NCBI GenBank assembly: GCA_963734115.1 | Contig: CAVTFV010000006.1 | Coordinates: 310,166 to 374,165, forward strand | Source: an uncultured Acidobacteriota bacterium | GTDB lineage: Bacteria > Actinomycetota > Acidimicrobiia > Spongiisociales > ZC4RG35 | Length of the DNA stretch: 64,000 nucleotides | Direction: 5' to 3' | Shown: positions 29,971 to 37,275 of the stretch, one piece after another | Position numbering within the stretch: position 1 is the first letter of the stretch | Layout: each line of letters begins with the position of its first letter | Position numbers and translations under genes: made by a program | The notes under the pieces: model-generated | The model's input: the letters and a program-made list of their open reading frames with translations, nothing else | Databases searched by the model: none | Told to the model about the DNA's origin: nothing

Positions 29971-31375
29971 CGCTCTCACCCTGTGCCTCCGCCTCGGCCC
30001 GGCCCCGGTTGTAGTCGACCAGCGCCGACCTGAGGGTGCCACCAGCCTCTCCGGCGGCGACGCTCGGCGCCGGCTCCTCCTCGCGGAATGCCCGGCCAGG
30101 GATTCGCACTGGCAAGTCTCCACCTTCAAGCCCAACCACAGATGCGGTCGCCACGGGGACCGGAACAGGGCCGACTGTTTCGACCATCTCCGGCCGGGTC
30201 AGATCGATGACCTCGTCGTCCGGTCCGGCTGCCTTCGCCGTCTCCAGACGGTCGCGGGGGATCGTCACCTTGACGGTGATTCCGGGAACACTTGGTATCA
30301 GTTGAACGGTGAGCCCGTGCCGATGCGCCAGCTTGGCCACGACGTATATCCCCATGGTTGGCTCGACCGAGAGGCCAAGGGCCGGTGGTCGCTCCAGGAT
30401 CCGATTCAGCTCGGCCAGCCTCGGGTCGGACATCCCAACACCGTGGTCCGAGATCGAGAGCTCATAGCCGTCGACGTCGAAGAGCCCGGTGACACGCACC
30501 GGCTCGGTGGGAGGTGAGAACTGCACGGAGTTCTCGAAGAGCTCCGCGAGGAGGTGGGCGACATCGGTGACAGCTCCGGCAGACAGCCGGGCCGGCTCCA
30601 GGGCGAGCAGCTCGACCCGCTGATACTCATCCACCTCGCTCAAGGCAGCCCGGACCACATCAGAGATATCGGTGGCCTTGGCCCACAGACGCGGGGACTC
30701 GGACCCGGCCAACACGAGGAGGCTCTCGGCGTTCCGCCGCATCCGTGCCGCCAGATGATCGACCTGGTAGTAGCCGCCGAGGGTCTCGGGATCCTCCTCC
30801 CGGGATTCCAGCTCGTCGAGGAGCGCCAGCTGGCGATCGACCAACGAGCTATTGCGACGGGCGAGTGTGACCAGGATGCCGGAGACCCCAACTCGCAGGG
30901 ATTCCATCTGACGGGCCGAGGTGTCGATGAGGGTCCGATGCATGTTCTCGAATGCTCGGGACAGATCGCCGATCTCGTCGCCGATGTTGATGTCGAGCCC
31001 CAGCGGAGGAAGGACCTCCTCACCGGGATCAGAGGTGCGCAGCGCGTCGACCAGATCGACCAGGTCCTTGTGGGCCACCCGCCTCGCCGCCCTGGTGACA
31101 TCTCCGATTCGCTTGCCCATGTTGCGGCCCATCCGGTATGCCACGAGAAGCGATCCCAGAGCCACCAACCCCACGACGGTCCCGACGGTCACGGCAAGCC
31201 ATACATCGCCGGAGGTCGCCAGCGACCAGACGAGGAAGACCCCGAGCAGCAGAGCAACCACCACGATCGGCACAGTGGCCAGCGTCAGCTTGGACGGAAT
31301 GCTCCACTGTTTCGACGCGGATTCAGACCTGACACGACCCGCCACCTTCGCTCCCATGCCAAAAACGTTAACCAC
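29963..31375 (-). CDS. cvnA: Conservon sensor kinase-like protein CvnA (2 TM, HAMP, HATPase_c)
   Basis: Intact 470-aa ORF: ..DEIGDLSRAFENMH.. (HAMP), ..RRNAESLLVLAG.., ..LLAELFENSVQFSPP..ISDHGVGM.. Confidence 0.85.
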   Translation of the reverse strand: MVNVFGMGAKVAGRVRSESASKQWSIPSKLTLATVPIVVVALLLGVFLVWSLATSGDVWLAVTVGTVVGLVALGSLLVAYRMGRNMGKRIGDVTRAARRVAHKDLVDLVDALRTSDPGEEVLPPLGLDINIGDEIGDLSRAFENMHRTLIDTSARQMESLRVGVSGILVTLARRNSSLVDRQLALLDELESREEDPETLGGYYQVDHLAARMRRNAESLLVLAGSESPRLWAKATDISDVVRAALSEVDEYQRVELLALEPARLSAGAVTDVAHLLAELFENSVQFSPPTEPVRVTGLFDVDGYELSISDHGVGMSDPRLAELNRILERPPALGLSVEPTMGIYVVAKLAHRHGLTVQLIPSVPGITVKVTIPRDRLETAKAAGPDDEVIDLTRPEMVETVGPVPVPVATASVVGLEGGDLPVRIPGRAFREEEPAPSVAAGEAGGTLRSALVDYNRGRAEAEAQGESDD

Positions 31376-31483
31376 GGCATGGTCCGCCTCCTGGGATTGA
31401 TTCTTCTCCGATCTCGTCGATCCGGGCGGGACGGATTCGTAGTAGTCGTGAAGGCCGAAAACCGGTCAGGAAGGAGAAAGGTC

Positions 31484-32118
31484 ATGAAACTGACCGTCAC
31501 CACATTCATCACCCTGGACGGCGTTATGCAGGGTCCCGGCGGACCCGATGAGGACCGCAGCAACGGTTTCGAGTTGGGAGGCTGGCTTGTTCCCTTTGCC
31601 GACGAAGGCATGGGCCGAGCCATCACCGATATCTTCACCAGGGCCGAGGAGATCCTGCTCGGACGGACCACGTACGACATGATGTATCCCTATTGGTCCA
31701 CGTTCCCGGACCAGGACGATGTGGTAGCCGCGGCGCTGAACAACCTGCCCAAGCATGTCGCCACCAGCCGACCGGACAGCCTCGAATGGACCAACTCGCG
31801 CCCAATCAAAGGCGACGTAGTCGAAGCGGTTCGCGAGCTGAAAGAGCGTTCCGGAGGCGAACTTCAGGTCCACGGGAGTCACGGTCTCCTGCAGACCCTG
31901 ATCCGAGCCGGGCTCGTCGACGAGTACAACCTCTTCACCTATCCAGTCGTGCTGGGCGATGGGAAGCGGCTATTCGAGTCGGGCACCATCCCGACGTCGA
32001 TGAAGTACCAGTCGAGCCAGATCACCGACGCAGGTGTCGTCGTTGCCTCGTATGTCCCGGCGGGCCCACCACCTTGCTCGCCATCCCGCCAAACGAAGGA
32101 CAGCACGCGGGGAGCTGA
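31484..32118 (+). CDS. Dihydrofolate-reductase-like (RibD C-terminal domain) protein; 3' end uncertain
   Basis: aaggagaaagg RBS, then ATG 31484. MKLTVTTFITLDGVMQGPGGPDED..LLGRTTYDMM..ELQVHGSHGLLQTLIRAGLVDEYNLFTYPVVLGDGKRLF. The frame then runs without a stop into the next gene's signal peptide, so an indel near 32060-32075 is suspected. With it the stop would be TGA 32116-32118. Confidence 0.7.
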
Positions 32119-32221
32119 CGATTTTTCGCGGTCTTCTGGATCCATGTTTGGGGATCCCATGAGTTTGGGTAAACGTGCCCTTGCCGGAGCCAGGCACCTC
32201 CCACGTGGGAGGTCCGACGGT

Positions 32222-33565
32222 ATGCATGGGCTGGGTATGGATAGGCAATCGGTAAAACAGGCTCCCACGGCCGGTGAAGCGGACCGGCGTCAGGCACATC
32301 TCCTCGCCAAGATCCTTGGCACTCTCGCCTTGGCCGCATTCATGATCTCGCTCTCTGCCGGAACCGCACAGGCCCTCGGCATCGGAGAGATCGTCGAAGA
32401 GCTTCCTGTAGAGATCGATCTCGGGATCGAATCCACGCCGCGCCCGAGTCGGAACCCGAGCCCGAGCAAGCCGCGGGTGGTCTTGGTGAAGTCGTCGAAG
32501 ATGTGACCGAAGCAGTCACCGAGCCAGTCTCGAGCCAACCCGCTCCGACTCAGCAATCCGCACCGCAGAATCCCGTGAACACGATCGTGGAACCTGTCAC
32601 CCGGGCCATCGAGCCGGTCGCCGAAGTCATCGAAGAGCCCGTTGGACAGGTCACCCAGGTAATTGAGCCGGTGGCCAAGGTCATCCAAGAGCCCGTTGGA
32701 CAGGTCACCCGGGCCATCGAGCCGGTCGCCGAAGTCATCGAGGAGCCGGTTGGCCAGGTCACCCGCCCGGCAATGGAGACGGTCGAACCCGTCACCAACA
32801 CCGTGCGGGCGGTGGTGGACTCCGCCGCCGGCGCCATCGAAGAGCCGGTGACCCGCATCGTCCAGACGGTTTCCCCAGCACTAGAAGAGATCCAAGAGCC
32901 GCTGCACCCCGTACTCGGTGGCGTGACCACCACTGTCGAGACGACGACCGGGTTGGTCGATGAGGTTTCGACCCCCATTTTCGACGACGTCGATGATCTG
33001 GTCGGTGTCACCCTCCCCCTGATCCCATCGCCAGACGATCTCCTCGGAGGGATCGACGATGTCCTCGATAGCGACCCCGATGCGGGTCCTGCTCCGACAG
33101 TGCCCGGTTCCCCCTCCAAGGACCCGGAGACAGCCGTCTCCAGACCGGATCAGGGACCCTCGAGATCGGTCACGAGCCCGCCACGGCCAGGTATTGGCAG
33201 CCTTCTGCCACCGCCCATCGTCCCCGTCGCCGAGCCGCCCGGGCATACCGACAATCCGACGCATTCCCCGATGGCGGCATCCGCGACGACAAGCCGCCGC
33301 GTCTTGGGAAGCCTCGGGCCTGAACACCACAACGGGGAACGCTTCGCCTCCTCCATATGACTCCGAGGATTCGGAAGCACCGATCCGCGCCGGGGTCGTT
33401 GCCGCTTCCTCCCCTTCGAGCTCGAGCTCCGGCTCGACGTCAGGTCTTCTAGCTGTACTCGTTCTGCTCGGGCTGATCGCGCCCCGGTTGAGCCGCTGGC
33501 TCCGGCCTCGACCGGTTCTTTGGCGCCCATTCGCCCTGGCAGAGGCCCTAGAGCTACCCGGCTAA
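32222..33565 (+). pseudogene. Secreted, C-terminally anchored acidic V/E/P-rich repeat protein; at least two frame breaks
   Basis: Signal peptide ..RRQAHLLAKILGTLALAAFMISLSAGTAQA (ATG 32222 or 32237). The body (frame of ORF 32503-33360) is open upstream (..ESEPEPEQAAGGLGEVVEDVTEAVTEPV..), placing a break at about 32430-32445. The C-terminus in the frame of ORF 33059-33565 reads ..SSSSSGSTSGLLAVLVLLGLIAPRLSRWLRPR (TM plus basic tail). Confidence 0.6.
32596..32757. repeat. 54-bp tandem repeat x3 (plus a partial 4th copy) encoding VT(R/Q)xIEPVAxVIxEPVGQ
   Basis: Units lie at 32596-32649, 32650-32703 and 32704-32757. Units 1 and 3 differ at only about 3 positions. Confidence 0.85.
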
Positions 33566-33566
33566 C

Positions 33567-33639
33567 CACCTCCATTGCGCAAACGCGCGGGTGCGGACCT
33601 TGTCCCGCCGCGCGTTCTCTCAGACACCTAATGGAGGTG
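33567..33639 (+). promoter_or_regulatory. Inverted repeat that can sequester the Shine-Dalgarno sequence of the downstream repeat-protein gene; may also act as a terminator for the upstream gene
   Basis: cacctccatt (33567-33576) is the exact reverse complement of aatggaggtg (33630-33639), which contains GGAGG 5 nt before ATG 33644. An inner imperfect GC-rich hairpin (about 33582-33616) is followed by ttctct. Confidence 0.4.
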
Positions 33640-33872
33640 ACTCATGAAGCACTGGCTCAAGAGAGCGCTGGCGACCGCCGCGCTCGCCAGTGGGGCGCTG
33701 ATCGCAACCGCCGGAATGGCGAGTGCCAGTTCCGAGAGCTCCACTCCCTGTGGACCCCGGGGCGATCATCAGCCTGACCCAAGAAGCAACCAACAACAAC
33801 ACCAACGACCAGACCGCCAACCCGAGCGCGGAGACCAACCAGGTCAACGTGTACGCACCGGTGGCCGTCCTC

Positions 33873-34372
33873 GCCAAGGACAGCAACAACGGCAAGGTCG
33901 ACCAGTCCAACGAGGCTGAGACCACCGTCATTGCGTCCAACGACAACGACACCGAGCAGTCGATCGACCAGGATCAGACCGCCGGTGACGGCGGATGGCT
34001 GTGGCAAATGCGGTTCGGAAGGTGGCGTCTCTCAGTCACAGACGGCTGAGAACAACAACACCAACGAGCAGACCGCCAACCCGAGCGCGACGACCAACCA
34101 GTCCAACGAGATGCGCCTGATGGCCGAACTCAGCCAAGGACAGCAACAACGGCAAGGTCGACCAGTCCAACGAGGCTGAGACCACGGTCATTGCGTCCAA
34201 CGACAACGACACCGAGCAGTCGATCGACCAGGATCAGACCGCCGGTGACGGCCGTGATGGCTGTGGCAAATGCGGTTCGGAAGGTGGCGTCTCTCAGTCA
34301 CAGACGGCTGAGAACAACAACACCAACGAGCAGACCGCCAACCCCAGCGCGACGACCAACCAGTCCAACGAG
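33873..34372. repeat. Near-identical direct duplication of a 238/240-bp coding module (period 260 bp)
   Basis: 33873-34110 and 34133-34372 differ by two substitutions and one 2-nt indel (gacggcg-gatgg versus gacggccgtgatgg). A third partial copy lies at about 34440-34530 and a diverged one at about 34920-35100. Confidence 0.85.
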
Positions 34373-34534
34373 ATCGGGACCGACCAGGCCCAGAACTCGA
34401 GCCCGAACGGGAAAAAGGACTACGGGTCGCGCGGTGAGGACGACATCGACCAGTCCAACGAGGCTGAGACCACGGTCATTGCGTCCAACGACAACGACAC
34501 CGAGCAGAAGATCGACCAGGATCAGACGGCCCGG

Positions 34535-34868
34535 GACAAGGACGACCGAGACCACAAGGACAAGGACGACCGAGACCACAAGGACAAGGACGACCGAGAC
34601 CACAAGACAAGGACGACCGGACCACAAGGACAAGGACGACCGAGACCACAAGGACAAGGACGACCGAGACCACAAGGACAAGGACGACCGAGACCACAAG
34701 GACAAGGACGACCGAGACCACAAGGACAAGGACGACCGAGACCACAAGGACAAGGACGACCGAGACCACAAGGACAAGGACGACCGAGACCACAAGGACA
34801 AGGACGACCGAGACCACAAGGACAAGGACGACCGAGACCACAAGGACAAGGACGACCGAGACCACAAG
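34535..34868. repeat. Perfect 24-bp tandem repeat gacaaggacgaccgagaccacaag x14 (one 22-nt unit)
   Basis: Units 1-3 (34535-34606) and 5-14 (34629-34868) are identical. Unit 4 (34607-34628) lacks 2 nt and shifts the frame. The array encodes DKDDRDHK. Confidence 0.95.
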
Positions 34869-35400
34869 GACAAGGACAAGGACTGCCTCGGAGCGGACTG
34901 CGACCGGTGTGTCAGAACTCAGTCACAGACGGCTGAGAACAACAACACCAACAACCAGAACGCCGGGCCTAGTGCTCATACCAATCAGTCCAACTCGTCC
35001 GATCGCGGCCGGAACGACTTAGACCAGTCCAACGAAGCCGGGACCAAGGCGCTAGCCGCCAACCGGAACGGCGCTGGTCAGTCGATCGGTCAGTCGCAAC
35101 ACCTCTCCAGCTGACGGTGGGTGGATGTCAGAGAGGAGGTGATACGCGGCGATGAGTGATGCTGTGGGCCCGTCGGTCGAAACGGCCTGGCTCTGGCTCG
35201 TGCGGCCGATTGGGCCCACGGCATCGGCTCTGTGCCACGACGGATCAGAGGTGCGTGGCGGATGGTCGATCGGGCTCCTCCCGGCCCCGACGTCCGCCAC
35301 GCTCCCCACCAGGCCCCTCGCTCTGCTGGGCGAGTCGGAAATCGGATCCGCCTGATGAACCCACCCCGGCTCGACCACTAGCTTCGTCCCTCTTCGAAGG

Positions 35401-37272
35401 ATGAGGCAGATGACATCGGATCGAATCAGCACGTTCGAGGGCGCCGGAAGAGGCCCGAAGGTCGCAGTGCTCGGGGGTGGCGTGGCGGGGATGAGCGCCG
35501 CCCACGAGTTGATCGAACGCGGCTTCCGCGTGGCCGTTTTCGAGCGCCAGACCGAGTTGTGCGGTGGCAAGGCGAGAAGCATCCCGGTTCCGGTCGGGGG
35601 CGACAATTCGATCTGCGCAGATGTGGAGGGGCCCGCCGGGTTCCTGCCCGGTGAGCATGGCTTTCGGTTCTTCCCCCGGTTCTACCGCCACGTCACCGAC
35701 ACGATGAGCCGAATTCCCTTCGGCGACCAGGGCGCCCATGTGGTCGACAACCTCACCGACACATCTCGGGTCGAGATGTCGCTCTACGGGAAGAAGTCGA
35801 TCGAGATGCCGTCGAGGTTCCCGACCACTCGGGAGGATTGGGCCCTCATCATCCAGGACCTGAGTGACAACGTCCCGGCGGAGATGGGGCTCCAGAACGA
35901 CGAGATCGAGTTCTTCGTCGGGAAGCTCTGGCAGGTGTTGACCAGCTGCGACGCCCGCCGTCAGGAGATATACGAGACGATGGGCTGGTGGGATTTCGTC
36001 GATGCCAGCAACAAGTCGGAGGGCTATCAGAAGTTCCTGGCCGAGGGTCTCACCCGCTCGCTCGTTGCCGCCAACGCCCGATTGGCCAATGCCCATGTCG
36101 AAGGCGACGTTGGGCTGGCCCTCATCCTGGACATGCTCATCCCGGGCCCGAGCACCGATCGGGTCCTCAACGGGCCGACCAATGAGGTCTGGCTCGATCC
36201 CTGGCTCGCCTATCTGACCGAGAAAGGGGTCGACTACCAGTTCGATCGGAAGATCGAAAAGATCGTCTGCAAACCGACGGAAGGCAGCACCGGCGGAAAG
36301 ATCGAATCGGTCGTCATGTCCGACTCGGCCGGGAACAGCTACACGCTCGACGACGCCGACTACTACATCGCCGCCATGCCGGCAGAGGTGATGGCGAAAC
36401 TCCTCGACGACGGGATCCTCGACATCGACTCGTCCCTCGAGGGCATCAAGGAGATCGGCACCAAGTATGTCGAATGGATGAACGGCATCCAGTTCTATCT
36501 CACCGAGGACATGCCCCTATCCAACGGGCACACGATCTACATCGACTCGCCCTGGGCGATCACCTCCATCTCACAACAGCAGTTCTGGCCCGACCACCCA
36601 CTCGAGAAGTACGGGGATGGAAAGGTGCGCGGGATCATCTCGGCCGATATCTCCAACTGGCACGCCGACGGCAACACGATCAAGAAGCCCGCGATGTATT
36701 GCACCGCCGAGGAGATCAAGACCGAGGTCTGGGAGGAGCTGAAGAACTCCCACACCATGGACGAGAAGCCGCTGACCGACGAGATGCTTCATTGCTGGTT
36801 CCTGGACCCCGACATACAGCGTGAGAAATGGCTCGAATCCCTCCCGGAGCCGGGACCTGCCGATGTCACGGGTCTCGTACCCATGGACGAGGACGCAGAG
36901 CCCCTCTTCGTCGCCTACGTAGACACCTGGCGGTTGCGGCCGCACGCATTCACCGCCGTTTCAAACCTCATGCTGGCCTCGGATTACGTGCGAACCTTCA
37001 CCTCGGTGGCCACCATGGAGGCAGCGAACGAAGCGGCCCGTCGCGCCGTCAACGCCATCATCGAGCACTCCGGGCACAAGGCCAGCCCGTGTCGGCTCTG
37101 GAACGTGACCGAGCCACCGTTCGCCTTCATGTTCCGGCTGGCTGACCAGCGTCGTTACGACCGTGGCCTGCCCTGGAAGGAGCCACCATTCTTCGTCAAG
37201 AGCGCCACCAAGGCAATCACGTCGGCCACCCCCGTCGCCAAGACCCTGCGACGGGTGGTCACGAAGTCGTAG
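35401..37272 (+). CDS. FAD-dependent oxidoreductase (amine-oxidase / phytoene-desaturase superfamily)
   Basis: Intact 623-aa ORF: ..KVAVLGGGVAGMSAAHELIERGFRVAVFERQ..GGKARS..GEHGFRFFPRFY.. (dinucleotide-binding fold). No signal peptide. ATG 35410 is an alternative start. Confidence 0.75.
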   Translation: MRQMTSDRISTFEGAGRGPKVAVLGGGVAGMSAAHELIERGFRVAVFERQTELCGGKARSIPVPVGGDNSICADVEGPAGFLPGEHGFRFFPRFYRHVTDTMSRIPFGDQGAHVVDNLTDTSRVEMSLYGKKSIEMPSRFPTTREDWALIIQDLSDNVPAEMGLQNDEIEFFVGKLWQVLTSCDARRQEIYETMGWWDFVDASNKSEGYQKFLAEGLTRSLVAANARLANAHVEGDVGLALILDMLIPGPSTDRVLNGPTNEVWLDPWLAYLTEKGVDYQFDRKIEKIVCKPTEGSTGGKIESVVMSDSAGNSYTLDDADYYIAAMPAEVMAKLLDDGILDIDSSLEGIKEIGTKYVEWMNGIQFYLTEDMPLSNGHTIYIDSPWAITSISQQQFWPDHPLEKYGDGKVRGIISADISNWHADGNTIKKPAMYCTAEEIKTEVWEELKNSHTMDEKPLTDEMLHCWFLDPDIQREKWLESLPEPGPADVTGLVPMDEDAEPLFVAYVDTWRLRPHAFTAVSNLMLASDYVRTFTSVATMEAANEAARRAVNAIIEHSGHKASPCRLWNVTEPPFAFMFRLADQRRYDRGLPWKEPPFFVKSATKAITSATPVAKTLRRVVTKS

Positions 37273-37275
37273 CGG

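Larger units (their letters stand above)
33644..35114 (+). pseudogene. Secreted Q/N/D/T-rich modular repeat protein with CxxC motifs and a (DKDDRDHK)n tract; four frame breaks
   Basis: Signal peptide MKHWLKRALATAALASGALIATAGMASA. Recurrent modules: SQTAENNNTNxQTANPSAxTNQ(S/V)N, then AKDSNNGKVDQSNEAETTVIASNDNDTEQSIDQDQTAGDG(R)DGCGKCGSEGGV. The reading frame steps 2>0>1>2>0 at about 33740, 33985, 34130 and 34607-34628. The C-terminal frame (ORF 34191-35114) ends ..DQSNEAGTKALAANRNGAGQSIGQSQHLSS. Confidence 0.7.

Noticed and set aside
32415-32432. gggatcgaatcc, resembling a tRNA T-arm.
   Set aside because: There are no flanking acceptor or anticodon stems, and it lies within a coding frame. No tRNA could be folded by eye anywhere in the window.
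34535-34868. A regular 24-bp repeat array that could be mistaken for a CRISPR array.
   Set aside because: The units are directly adjacent with no spacers. The unit is shorter than typical CRISPR repeats and lacks a palindromic core. The array lies inside a coding frame (DKDDRDHK). No cas genes are present in the window.
35152-35355. A 67-aa plus-strand ORF in the 287-bp gap before the FAD oxidoreductase, with GGAGG 12 nt upstream.
   Set aside because: GC3 is high, as it is in every frame of this DNA. The RBS spacing is long, and there is no motif or TM segment. I cannot distinguish it from a chance ORF or an untranslated leader, so it is left unannotated.
32222-37272. The repeat-protein and FAD-oxidoreductase region as a horizontally acquired island.
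   Set aside because: The lower apparent GC is explained largely by the N/Q/D/T/K-rich amino-acid composition. No integrase, tRNA, direct flanking repeats or mobility genes are present. Composition was not computed.
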